Below are positions 23,641 through 35,745 of a stretch of 64,000 nt of DNA, one piece after another. Both the position numbers and the translations under genes were made by a program. The notes under the pieces were generated by a model. It had not been told where the DNA came from. It was given only the letters and a program-made list of their open reading frames with translations, and did no database searches. The first letter of the stretch is position 1; every line of letters begins with the position of its first letter. Source of the DNA: Mustelus asterias (Eukaryota); NCBI RefSeq assembly GCF_964213995.1, contig NC_135810.1, forward strand, positions 21,142,001 to 21,206,000, written 5' to 3'.

Positions 23641-25169
23641 GCAACTTCTCTGTTGTGTAGCTGGAAATCTGTGAACAGCAAGCTGCTGCTGCTGGTACTG
23701 GTTGTTATCATGTTGTTCCTGATCTGATGTCTGATCTAAGGGAGCGTGAGCAACATACATCGTGCTGTGACAGATCAACGCTCTGAATGGAGAAATTCAT
23801 TTCTCAGCAAATATTCTATGAAAGCCTTTCCTTCCCCTCAGATGACAAAGCAGCGACAGGTGCTGAGTATTTATTGTCATCTCTCCCTGAGACCCATTCA
23901 ACTCTTCAATTGCCGTTTTGTACGCACCTTACTTCTCGCTGGTGAAAATGAGGAGATAGAGAGTCCAATAAATGTCAAAAATCTGTCTTAGCCTTTGCTC
24001 CGTTTCAGCACTTAAAATATGTTAATTATCAACTCTCTCTCCCTCAAGCACAAAGACTAACAAACCGGTGTGAAACTCAGATGTCAGGAGGTTGGAAAAG
24101 GCTTACCCACACAATTTTACTTTTCCTACTTTTGATCCCTCCCCCCCCTGCCCTCCCCCCCGCCCCCCGCACCCCCCCCCCCCCCACTAATTCCAGCAAC
24201 TTGCAAACAATCCCACACATTCCGCCTTCATGAAATTCCCCCAATTTGAAAGGTATGTTGGAGAATATCTCATCCAACCGATCTTGACTTCTCAGCTGTT
24301 TATTAGGATTGAATTTAATTCTCTCCAAGATAACTTTGAGGGAAGGTTGCATTCTTTGTGAAACGTAAGCAAAATGATCAGCTCATTTTTAAAATTAAAA
24401 ATGTTTATGGCCTTGCTGCATACAGCGCAAAGAAAAAAGTCCTCCATCTCAGAGGGAATAAGTAAGAGATCTCCACAGGACTAGGAGAAAGGAAATATGA
24501 AACAAATGGGACCTTGGAGAGGAGTTTGCTGAAGTGAGCAAGTTAAAGTGGGTTGAGATTCAAAACCAGTATGTGAGACGTTGAGAGAAGTCGTTATGAT
24601 CTCAGAGGTCTCATGTCTTTCTTTTCACTGACAGAGATTGTCTCCTGAAGAACATTTTTCACTCCCTGTGGCCTAAAGGTGAATTGAAGAAAACCCCTCT
24701 CTACTGATGTAAAATGAGGAGAAAAGGTTCTCTGTTTGACCACAAGTAACCACGAGTCTCCCAATGTTACACATTGTAGCTAAGAGCTAAATTCAATTCA
24801 CACAGGCTTAAAATCGAAAGTTTATTCTTATAGGATGTTGATATGCTGTAACTAGTATTTTTAATAAAGGTTAGTCAATAAGCAAAGCTCCAAGGAGGAA
24901 GTTCTTTTGAGAGGCATGGGCCGGGGAGATTAATTTTTAAGTTCATGCTGTGGAACACATAACCAAGTCTGGACTGCATTTTGAAAATAACTCTCTAGGT
25001 TATTATCTTTCTTCTCTAATGAATGTATGAGAAGTCAAACCACTATTGAAATTGATTCTTGGGATCACTAACAAATGGAAATATGTTGAAGCCCAAGAGA
25101 AACCTGAGAAAGACTTTTGAAATTAAATTGGCTTTCATACTTTGGAAATGAAACATCAAATCATCATAA

Positions 25170-26290
25170 CGTGGTGATTGTCCCTTTAAGGACAACATAG
25201 CAGGGTAACGGTCACATGACCAATCGAGACTCAGAGTGTAGAATCTCCTTGGCAGAGAGAATTTGGGAGGTGGCTACAACCATAAGGCTGCTGTTTTCTG
25301 ATTGATAAATACATTTTGTGTTCACGAATGAAGTCTGTGAAAGTACATCTTTACATCTGGCGACGAGGATAAATTATCCTGACACTGCCTCTGGCCCAAC
25401 ACATGTGGGTATCCTGTTTTAATCGAAGTCTGAAAAAAGTACTCACCCGAATACTTCTCTTTGGGTGAATAGACCCATTTGACTCCTCCATGGAGGACTG
25501 AGCAAATACATCAAGTGCCTAGGGTGTTATATCCAATTCTCCGAAATGTTTGTGGAACTCAGGTTATAATCTTATTTGCCGCAATTACAGCCACAAATGC
25601 GCCCAACCCCAAATGATTTAGTGAGCTTGTGGATTTAGTGAAGGCTCAATTGCAACCTCGACCATCAGTCATACTCCAGAGATTCAGATTTAATTTGAGG
25701 GTGAGAGACCCACGCAAATTTATCACGATTTATATTGCTAAATGGAAGCAATTATCAGAGTATTATGATTTTGGAGTCACCCTAAATGACATGTTACGGG
25801 ATTGAGCATGATAGGGATATGGCATAAACAACAACACTATTCAATGCAGATTGCTTGCAGAGGTCAGTGTAAATTTTAAACAAGCAATGGAGATAGCCCT
25901 GGCCATGGAAAATACTGAAAAAGTGCACAAGAATTGCAGAGTGCACAAAAATGGTACCGTTCAGCAGTTAAGGAAGGAACCTTTAGCCAGCCACGGAACT
26001 GAAACCGCCAAAGTAGCTGTGCATCGAGAAACAATTGCAGCCATCAACAAAACAAAACGGCACAGAACAGGCAATCAGTTGGTAATGCTTAAGATGGAAT
26101 GCTACTGATCTGGAGGTAACCACTGAATTATGTAGGTTTAAGGAGGCTGAGTGTTTTGATTGACCCCAAAGAGGACATTTGATAAAGCAGCGCAGAGCAA
26201 AGTCAAGATCACTGAGTGATCGACCAACCAAGTTGTTCCAAGTATACAATATGGAAGAGCCTAGCACCAACGATCTTGTTATTCATTCTC
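25170..26290 (+). mobile_element. Decayed Gypsy (Mag-like) 5' part: LTR, PBS and gag remnant
   Basis: Short LTR ending TTACA at 25355, then a PBS, then decayed gag (IDPFD...W; FRFN; LRD...GINNNTIQCRLLAE...AMEIALAME; degenerate twin Zn knuckle near 26100-26190). Confidence 0.75.
25358..25370 (+). promoter_or_regulatory. Primer-binding site complementary to the tRNA-Ser(GCU) 3' end
   Basis: TGGCGACGAGGAT lies 2 nt after the LTR CA. It complements ...AUCCUCGUCG-CCA of vertebrate tRNA-Ser(GCU). Confidence 0.75.
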
Positions 26291-26888
26291 TATTTAGCTC
26301 AATCCACAGCTGAAAGCAGCAACAGACTAAATCTGGGTTCCACAGCTATGGTCTTCACCAAAATATCACATGTATTTTAGAAACCTGGTGCTGGAAACTG
26401 GCTCCATCTACAAAACTGGTCAAATCCCTGGATGGAATTAATCACCACTGTGCGCTTCTGTTAATTGCTCCAATTTGTGGGACATTGATGAGATTCTTAA
26501 AATTAAACTGGGACTCTTAGGCACAAAAATATTCTTCGGCATCTTTTATAAACTTTTAATTGAAAAGAATAAGTACTTAGAAGCTGGCGATTGCTCACTA
26601 ATAACACTAATAAATGGTCCTGTGAAATTTTATAAAGTCATTTTCAGTTAATTAAAATTGAGTTACTTACAGTTGGTGGACTCGACACACTTATTAAAAA
26701 CGCTTATTTTTAATTCATTTTCAACTGTTTAATCAAACTGCACCAAGTTACCAAATTTGAACATATCAAGCAGGAATTACATTACAAATTGTTGCCCAAT
26801 GGTGTTGGTTAAAGGCAGATTTTACATTTGTTGACAAACAAATTACATTCAGGGGAAACCTGAGAAAATAAGACACTTCCTGAATCTA

Positions 26889-28730
26889 TGGGGGGTGGAA
26901 TTCTCTGGGCCCGCTATCTTCGATTGTGGATCACGATGGCTCAGATAATTGAGTGTCTGCACAATTCCCGTTGCGATACTCCCAGCCCACCCTGCCAATC
27001 CCAATCAGGTTCACACCCATAGAAGGCGGAAACCCAATGCATATTCAAATTCACTACTTTAAATATAATTAGCAGACTTGAAGCCCAATTCAACGAGCTC
27101 CCCACTATTCACCTGCCTCCCCAGCAGAGTCTACACCGTGCAGGCTTTCGTACAGGTCCTCACAAGCAAGGACCTGGCATGTTGAACCCCAAGGGTCAAG
27201 AAAGCATCATCAACCTTTCAACAATGAGAGGCACCCCCACCCACCCCCCCACCCCCAAACACCATGCAGGCATGAGGTTTATCTGACCCAAACCCCCAAT
27301 GTAATGCATACAGCTTTGATTTGAAGTTGCTGTGGCTTCCCAGCAAGTTAAAATTGTTGAAACCCTTTCCATTACACTTGAAGCCTTTGATCTGCAACAA
27401 ATTCAATGTGCCGAACCTCATAAAAGATTCAGCTGTGAGCACAATGGATTTCTATCATCCTTCAGCCACCTGTGTTTATTTTTATTTCCCTTCATATTTG
27501 AATGCACCGTAAGTACCCCCTTGATCCTGACCACAATGTTGACAGGGTCTAAGCCTAATTTACAGCCTGTGGTTTCACTTCCTCTGCATGAATGCATTGG
27601 GGCTGAGTGCACAGTAGAATGGAACCACTGCCGCTGCCGCAACACCGCCCCCCACCCCCGCCACAGTTAAAATTGACAGCTCGTCTCTGTCAGAGGGCTT
27701 CAAAGGGGTCTGTATCACCTGCAGCTCCTGACAGGAAAATCTCTGCTGCAGAATAGGGTGCTGCAATGATTCAAAAGCCTGCCATGCGACCTGAGGAGAT
27801 TAAAGTGACCTGGCCACTTCAGAATCTTCACAGCTGACAGGCAGGAATGCAGATGTTGATCACAGGGCTGCCTGAAAAACCGTGGTATTCAGGTCTGCCA
27901 GGGCTAGAAGGGGCAGTTCAGCCACAACACCACCACCCGAGTGGAGAGTGGTGAGATCAACCCCTTCCCCCCAGCTTGAGCCCACTCAACACCCAGGACT
28001 CTTGAAGGATCCTTCCTCTGCAGCCTGGCATCAGCAGAGAGGTAAATAGCCACTGGTGTTACTTCCTGGAGCCCCCACTGGGCTAAGGTGACAGGCCAGG
28101 GTGACAATGCTGTACTGACAAGGTGCATGGCCTGAAGAAGGCTCAGTGGGGGATCTGTCGGGGTTTGGGGCGGGGTGGGGGGGTGAGGGTGGACGGGGGT
28201 GAGGGGAGGTTGGGGGTGAGGGGAGATTGGGGGGGTGGTGGGGGGGTCGGGTGGAGGGCTGAGTGGGGAGTCTGAGGAGGAAGGAGGCCTGAATAGGGGA
28301 TTTGAAGGGGAAGGGATCTGACTGGAGGGTCTGGAGGAAGGCATCCTGAGTGAGGAGTCTGCAAGGGAAGGGTGCCTGAATGGGGAGGGGAGGTTGCACG
28401 GGGGAGGGGAGGTGAGCGGGGATCTGAGGAGAGGAGATTTGGGTTTGGGACACCCTGCCTGCGTGGTGTGGGGGCAGTTACCCATTATTTGTGGGTGGGG
28501 GGGAGGACATCCCTTTTTGGTGACATCCCCTTGTCAGTGAGGTGGAGGGGGTGGCACCGTTTCATTTTCTGAGGGAGAGGTGCCTGTCTCTGAGCACCGA
28601 GACCCAGTCGCCCTTTAAAAACGGCGGCCCGGTTTTGGAACAGCAGGGCTGGCCGGTGGGCTGCTTGCAATGACTTCCACCCAATGCCCAGGAAAGCCTT
28701 CAGGTTTCTCACTGGCATGGGCAGTTGGTC
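26889..28730. mobile_element. Degenerate GC-rich non-autonomous DNA transposon (Harbinger-like) with long G-rich interior
   Basis: GGGGTGGAATTCTC left terminus like the other copies, and G-tract-rich interior (28150-28480) similar to 30731-31906. The right end is not defined. Confidence 0.45.
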
Positions 28731-28823
28731 TCATTTATATGTGGCCTATAATGCGAATTAAATACACATTGCACCCTAATAGAAATTCCTGGACTTGAAG
28801 TGATGTTCTTGTTTCATACCTGA

Positions 28824-29054
28824 TGTAATAATTGCAAGGATTGGCAACCACCAGTTAGTATAATGAACTAGAACGGTTTATTTACTAGCAGAGTAACATA
28901 CAAAGTACTTTCACGATGGTAACACTTCCAGCTCTAAGACCTACTCTGGCTGCAAAAGCCCATGTTCGGCACAGAGATCCCTGCGCTCATCCCCATTGGA
29001 CGATTGGGTCACATGACCCCCCGGTATACACCCCTTAAAGGGGCCAGCTGCCAA
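28824..29054 (-). mobile_element. Solo LTR (about 230 bp)
   Basis: Starts TGTAAT and is flanked by direct repeat (A)CCTGA at 28818-28823 and 29054-29059. TTTATT gives a poly(A) signal on minus. GGTCACATGACC and CCCTTAAAG motifs are shared with the 25170 LTR. Confidence 0.7.
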
Positions 29055-29119
29055 CCTGATTATGTAACTAATTTATAATTGTGAAGAAGACAGTTTGTGG
29101 GCGGGAATTTCATTTATTT

Positions 29120-29457
29120 TCATAGAATCCCTGCAGTGCAGAAGGAGGCCATTTGGCCCATCGAGTCTGCACCGACCACAATCCCACCCAGGCCCTATCC
29201 CCTTAACTCCTATATTTACCCCACTAATCCCTCGAACCTACGCATCCCGAGACATGAAGGGGCAATTTTGCATGGCCAATACACCTAACCCGCACATCTT
29301 TGGACTGTGGGAGGAAACCGGAGCACCCGAAGGAAACCCATGCAGACACGGGGAGAACGTGTAAACTCCACACAGATAGTGACCCAAGCCAGGAATTGAA
29401 CCCGGGTCCCTGGCGCTGTGAGGCAGCAGTGCTAACCACTGTGCCACCGTGCCACCC
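29120..29457 (-). mobile_element. HE1-like V-SINE
   Basis: Reverse complement of the SINE consensus. Confidence 0.9.
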
Positions 29458-29590
29458 AGACCCAAGAACAGCTTCTTCCCTGCTGCCATCAAACTTTTGA
29501 ATGGAGCTACCTCGCACTAAGTTGATATTTCCCTCCACACCCTCGCTGTGACTGCTGTAGCACTACACTCTGCACCTTCCCCTTTACTTC
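29458..29590 (+). mobile_element. Rex1/Babar LINE 3' fragment
   Basis: KNSFFPAAIKLLN coding remnant, same as in the 36385-36810 copy. Confidence 0.65.
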
Positions 29591-29810
29591 ACAGGGCTCA
29601 TTGCACTATTTCTCTCTTTCCTCCTCTTTCTCAAATCCTTTCTCTCTCTCACTCACTCAGTCTTTTTCCCTGCTCTTGATTTCATTTCAACATTGCAACA
29701 TCCAAAGAAATGAGAAGCAGAAGGGGGAAGGGGAGGGGGGTGGGTCCACCTGAGAGGTGTCCTGAGTTTGGTCATGCACGCCCGAAATACTGTCAGGCAT
29801 GGATGAAAAC

Positions 29811-29883
29811 TAGCCTGACCAGGATTCGAACCTGGGTCGCCTGCTCTCAGAGAAAGTTTGTTAGTCCACTGCACCACCAGGCT
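29811..29883 (-). tRNA. tRNA-like 73-nt cloverleaf (tRNA pseudogene or tRNA-derived element; isotype uncertain)
   Basis: 7-bp acceptor AGCCTGG/TCAGGCT plus discriminator A, A box TGGTGCAGTGG, perfect T arm CCAGG-TTCGAAT-CCTGG, and TTTT just downstream. D and anticodon stems are imperfect. Confidence 0.5.
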
Positions 29884-29935
29884 TTTGAAAGACAAAGAAT
29901 ATTTTCTGAAAATCATCTCTCCTACCATAGATAAG

Positions 29936-30155
29936 AATGAAGTCTTACAACACCAGGTTAAAGTCCATCAGATTGATTTGAAATCACGAGCTTTCGGGCT
30001 TGCCTGGTGAATTACGAACTTTCATGACTCACCTGATGAAGGAGCAGCGCTCTGAAAGTTTGTGATTCCAAAAAAAGTCTGTTGGACTTTAACCTGATGT
30101 TGTGAGACTTCTTACTGTGCCCACCCCAGTCCAACGCTGACATCCCCACATCATG
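29936..30155 (+). mobile_element. Short non-autonomous Penelope-type insertion: inverted pseudo-LTR pair with hammerhead
   Basis: Arms 29939-29997 and 30052-30111 are imperfect reverse complements, flanked by ACCATAGA(T/C)AAG direct repeats. Confidence 0.75.
30029..30065 (+). ncRNA. Minimal type I hammerhead ribozyme motif
   Basis: TCAC-CTGATGA-A-GGAGC/AGC/GCTCT-GAAA-GT-TT-GTGA, with 4-bp stem I TCAC/GTGA. Confidence 0.65.
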
Positions 30156-30730
30156 ACCATAGACAAGCACCTTGCATCTGAATAAGATTCAATTCACTTT
30201 AGATCCACAGGTTTGACCATCCATCTTGGATCCTGATAATTTGAAATTCAATTTTTCAGAATTTACTCTCATTCTCACACATGACTTACACTGCCAAGAT
30301 AAGTATTACATTGAAAGGTAAGCAGATCCCAACCCAGAAAGGCCCAGAGCCCACTACTTAAAAGGCAAAAGTCGACAGATAAATGACGACAATTTGGCTG
30401 TTGTCAGTTTTTATTGAGTATTTTAATTTAGTTTCGTTCTTAATTATCCAAGTTTAATTATCCATTACCTACCTCCAAATTAACTCAAAAAAATATTGAT
30501 AAGACTTCACCAAAAGGCATGACAGGACTTGCAAACAGCATATAAATGGAGGAAGTTTATTTTAAAAGGATAAAAATATGCACTTAACTATACAAGGCAG
30601 ATTATTAAAGCTTTGATTGGTTGATCAGGATGGTGAAGTTGCAAGATTTCTCAAGTTTTTTCATTGCCATCAATTCTTTTAGAATTCTGCCTCAGAAATA
30701 TCCAGTACATGATGAGCTTGCAAAGGTGTT

Positions 30731-31906
30731 GGGGCGATTCTCCCATTCCGCTGCACTGCTTTTGTAGCGCAGCAGGCCGGGAGAATCTAGCGGAGACCGT
30801 TTTGCGGACTCCCCGCTGGGCGCCATGGCCTCTGCCTGTTCCCCAGTGCCAGATTTCTAGATTTTATTATATACAGATGCTGATTTGAATATAATTATAA
30901 TCTTATTCGTGGGCCCAAGAAAGGTCTCTGGGCCTGCTAATCTCTCCCCCTCCCGCCAGAAGTATTTCACTCCAGCTGGGTTTGCTACAGCCCACCACTT
31001 GCGGGGAGCTGGCCGCCCAACCTTGCTAGAGTGAAGGGAGGGCAATCGAGGCCCCCCCAGAACGTCAGGTACCAGGGGGTGTCTTCTGGGCATTGTCTGC
31101 CTGGCAATGCCAGCCTGGGCCCCCTGGCACTGCTCAAGGGGCAAAGTGCCAATGCCCAGAGGGCGTCTTAGCACTGCCCATCAGGCATGGGGCAGTGCCA
31201 AGGGGGCAGGGCCTAATAGAGGTGGGGCCTGATGGGGTAGAGTCTCCATGGGCGATCTAGGGGGTGGGGGGGTCCCGCTGCTACTCTGCACTTTGGGCTG
31301 AGTGACAATGGGAGGGATGCAAGTGATTGAGGCTCGCCATCGGGGTGGGAGGATGGGGGGACAGCCTGGGGGGGGGGGGGGGGGGGTTGGGGCTACAGTG
31401 GGGGTCGGGACTGTGAGCGAGGTGTCAGGGATGCGGGTGGGGGAGGGAAATCGGTGTGGGGAGATTGGGGCTGAGGGGAGGGGGGAGTCAGGGCTGGACT
31501 GGGCATGCTTGGGGGGGCCAGCAATCGGGCCATGGGGATGGGGGGGGGGGGGGGGGTGGTGGGGGGGGAGTGTGGCACGCCCAGCGATGCGGGGGTCTCA
31601 GGGCTGGCCAGCAATCGAGCTGGCCAGCAATTGGGAGGCCGGCAGACAGGGGCCACTGCGCATGCGCAGATCTCGGCACTGACAGATCGGCGCAGGTGCA
31701 GTGGCCCACTCAGCGCTCTGCTGCCGGCCTCTCCAGTGGGACTAAGCCCCGGCCCACTGATTTCTGGAGTGATTCACGCTCGTGCACTCAGCAGTGCGCA
31801 GAGTGTGCGAGATTCTTTTTGAAACACCCGTTGTAAAACCCAGCGTGATTTACTCCAGTTTTTTGGCAAATTCGACACTATGAATGCTTTTGGGAGAATC
31901 GTTCCC
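30731..31906. mobile_element. Non-autonomous Harbinger-like DNA transposon (1.18 kb)
   Basis: TIRs GGGGCGATTCTCCCA ... TGGGAGAATCGTTCCC with 3-bp direct repeat GTT on both sides. No transposase ORF. Confidence 0.75.
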
Positions 31907-32135
31907 GTTATTCAGAACCTCTATTTTTAACCGTAAATTGTCATTACCTCATCTTGAATCAGCTCCATTGGAATTTAGCAATTGGTCAATTCCGCTGTTG
32001 AATTATTTTATTGGATTTTAGCTACCTGCATACATGTCGATAAGACAGAATAATGATTCTAATGGCACTTTGCTTATGTTGAAGTTTTACATTTAACTAA
32101 AACTTCAACATAATTCATACTCATATCAATTTATG

Positions 32136-32444
32136 AGTGGCACAATGGTTAGCACTGCTGCCTCACAGCTCCAGAGACCCGGGTTCAACTCCGGCCTCGG
32201 GTCACTGTCTGTATGGAGTTTGCACATTCTCCCCGTGTCTGCATGGGTTTTCTCCGGGTGCTCCGCTTTCCTCCCACAGTCCAAAGATGTGCAGGTCAGG
32301 TTGATTTGCCATGCTCAATTGCCCCTCAGTGTCAGGGAGATAAGCAGGGTAAATACAATTACAGGGATAGGGTCACGGTGGAATTATTGTCGGGGCAGGT
32401 TCGATGGGCCAAATGGCTTCTTTCAGCACTGTAGGGATTCTATG
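32136..32444 (+). mobile_element. HE1-like V-SINE (duplicated with its flank at 33980)
   Basis: A/B boxes, V-domain, tail. Shares private variants with 33980-34269. Confidence 0.9.
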
Positions 32445-33010
32445 AACAATCTGAGGTAAAAATTAGCCCTGAGTTCAATCTCCGGTCTGTGCTGAGTTCA
32501 TTGACATTAACTGGGTCATGCTGGGAAGCACTGAGTTAGGGAAATCACGATTCCTCGTCTCCATCCAGTGATTTGTGTTGGATATCAGCATGTGAACTTT
32601 GGATGAGAAGAAGAATGGGCATGTGAGAATCCTCACATTTTGCCAGTCACTGTCAAACTTAATATGAATAAAGGCAATTGGCTCTCTGTGGTAATGTATT
32701 CCAGAAAGCCAAGTCAATCCCCTCAAGAAATAACATTTTGGGAGAAAAAGGCAAAATAAATATTTATCGTAAATAAATTCTGCGGCTTTTTAAAATTATA
32801 TAATGTGATTTACAAATTCTGGGTGTCTTTTCATGTTTTTATGTGGTTTCATGGTATTGGTCACTCACAAAAACAGAGCTCATATTGATAGTGTTTCAGG
32901 AGGTTGCTTGCATATAGCAAGATCCATGTGTGTGGTAAACACATCCCATTCGATTGGAATTAACACAAACCTGTACATCAGTACTTGTAATTGTGTACAC
33001 ATCCTAAACT

Positions 33011-33330
33011 TAGAATCACAGAATCCTACAGTGCAGAAGGAGGCCATTCACTCCATTGGGTCTGCACCGACCACAATCCCACCCAGGCCCTATCGCCATA
33101 GCCCCATGCATTTACCTATCTAGTCCCCCTGCCACTAAGGGGCAATTTAACATAACCAATCCAACTAACCTGCAAATCTTTGGACTGTGGGAGGAAAACG
33201 GAGCACCCAGAGGAAACCCATGCAGACATGGGGGGAATGTGCACACTCCACACAGATAGTGACCCAGCCGGGAATCAAACCCAGGTTCCTGGTGCTGTGA
33301 GGCAGCAGTGTTAATCACTGTGCCACAGTG
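33011..33330 (-). mobile_element. HE1-like V-SINE
   Basis: Reverse complement of the SINE consensus. Confidence 0.85.
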
Positions 33331-33979
33331 GCGTCGTGCTTCTGAGAGGCAGACTGATTCTGAGATGAGGCAAGTCCTCACGCTGCTATATGTTACAGTC
33401 AACATGGAAATATCCAAAATAGTTACAGCAAATCTTAAATAACTTTAACTTAACATCAGAGCCTCATCATAAAGATAATCATACACATTCCCTATTTCTT
33501 TGTCCAGCCTCATCATTGAATCAGATCGGAAACGTTCCCGACCTATTGGTTCATTTCACGTTGACCAGACAGGCTTTTTTACGTCTTTCTCAACAGAATG
33601 AACCAACTGACCTATTTGATGTCTTCTCCCCAGTTCATCTGTCTGCTTGTTGGATGGGAAGTGCACCCTCTAACTCTGTTTCTATCTAGAGATTGATCAG
33701 CCAACAATATTGGTAATTAAATTGGCTACAACCCCGGAGACCACAAAAAATGAATTCCTGCCATATTCAAGTTAATAGGTTTTCGGGAAAAATCAAAACT
33801 AACATTTTGTCTGAGATTGGAGTGATATGTTGAAATCAATATTCCATGCACCGGGCCATCTGACTTATACATGCCTGCCTTACACAGCTTCATAGTGCAG
33901 AATGGCCTTTTGAATCCTTGTGAGCTGTACTTAACTAAAATGTAAAACATCAACATAATTCAAACTCACATCAATTTAT

Positions 33980-34269
33980 GGGTGGCATAGTGGTTAGCAC
34001 TGTGCCAGGGATCCGGGTTCAATTCCAGCCTTGGGTCATTGACTGCACATTCTCCCCGTGTCTGCATGGGTTTCCTCCGGGTGCTCCGGTTTCCTCCCAC
34101 AGTCCAAAGATATGCGGGTCAGGTTGATTTGCCATGCTCAATTGCCCCTCAGTGTCAGGGAGATTAGCAGGGTAAATACAATTACAAGAATAGGGCCAGG
34201 GTGGAATTGTTGTCGGGGCAGACTTGATGGGCCGAATGGCTTCTTTCTGCACTGTAGGGATTCTATGAT
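33980..34269 (+). mobile_element. HE1-like V-SINE
   Basis: A/B boxes, V-domain, tail, with two small deletions in the head. Confidence 0.85.
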
Positions 34270-34632
34270 CAATTATGACAAAATGGTCAAAAATCCTGAA
34301 ATGCAGCTTGTCGTTTTCGAATATACATACGGGGGTTAATTAACAATGATCTGAAAAGCTATTTCTTTTAATGATGTGGATTGAAATGCAAGGGATGATT
34401 AAACAATATCATGCTTCTTGTAGGCCTCCCCACCTATTTGGTTGTAAAACTGTGGGCAGCATCTGTTCAGATTTTCAGTCTGTGTGGCCAGCTGATATAG
34501 CTCTCCATTAGACACTCACAATTAGAAAGTGGTGCCCGCTGTATATTTCAAAATGTACTACTTCAAAATGTTAACTTGCCAGCAATGTTACGTGCAATCA
34601 GCGCCATGAATTATATTAATATGTGAATTCTT

Positions 34633-34917
34633 GGGCAGCACAGTGGTTAACGCCAGGGACCCGGGTTAGATTCCCGGTTTGGGTCATTGACTGTACAGAG
34701 TCTGCATGTTCTCCCTGTGTCTGCGTGGATTTCCTGTGGGTGCTCTGGTTTCCTTCCACAGTCCGAAAGGAGTGCTGGTTAGGTGCATTGGCCATGCTAA
34801 ATTCTCCCTCAGTATGCCCGAACAGATGCTGGAGTGTGATGACTAAGGGATTTTCACAGTAATTTAATTGCAGTGTTAATCTAAGCCTACTTGTGACACT
34901 GATAAATAAACTTTAAA
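34633..34917 (+). mobile_element. V-SINE, alternative-tail variant
   Basis: V-domain plus ...AAGCCTACTTGTGACACTGATAAATAAAC tail. Confidence 0.8.
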
Positions 34918-35424
34918 CAGTTGATAATTTAGCTTGTCCAATTAATTTTTAGGTGAACATGAAAAGATTGTGAATCTAAAATCGGATTTTATATTGAAGT
35001 CTGAGTGATTTTATGCAAGATACTGAGAGAGATTTTCACCTGACAGACTTGATTCGTGCTGCTTGCAATCTTTCAGCTTTCTGTACATTCTGTACAAGAA
35101 CACAATTAGACTGTAGAAAGTAATTGAAAATTGTATTTAAATGAACCATCACGTGACCATCTCACCAGTATGAACTGTGCACTCAATATCAGCGGTGCTC
35201 TATTTTTGCTTGGAGGTTTATAGCGTAACAGTTACATTTTTCAGAGCATTTGCCAATATATTTAAAATAGATATTATAGTGAGTTCTCCTCTCTGACTTC
35301 TTGTTTACAGTTGAAAGATGTAAATAGATGAATGGATACAAAGCAGGTCTCCTCGCTACACACAGTGTGTACAAAGCAGTCACTCCATAAATATCCAACG
35401 ACAACTATTTTATCAAGCTCTCCT

Positions 35425-35745
35425 GTCTCAGGAAGACATTGACTGAATTGTGGCATTTACTGATATCTGATTCACAGTTAACATCAACAACTGAGATGGC
35501 ACTACCAGTGGCTGTGAGTTATGACTACAGCTCAGAACTGTTATGCATTCGACTCCCTCTAAGATATCTCAAGGGACATATGCTACATTAATCAATATGC
35601 AGCATACAGATACAATTAAGCAATTCACTGATGTGTTATTCACCAGGATAAACACTTTAATCACTTTCCCTCGGGCGAAACTGCAGCAGAATCTGAAGGC
35701 ATTGCAATTTTACTGCATTGCAGGTTTGCCAAATGTATATTGCCA
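35425..35745 (+). pseudogene. Second Harbinger (HARBI1-like) transposase fossil
   Basis: ALPVAV..TTA, DICYINQYAA, IKQFTDVLF and ALQFYCIAGLPNV match the N-terminal HTH to GFP region of Harbinger transposases. Confidence 0.7.

Noticed and set aside
27904-28485. 193-aa proline-rich ORF and G-quadruplex-like tracts (also 31260-31570)
   Set aside because: Low-complexity G-rich interior of non-autonomous DNA transposons. There are no domain motifs, and homopolymer lengths may be unreliable.
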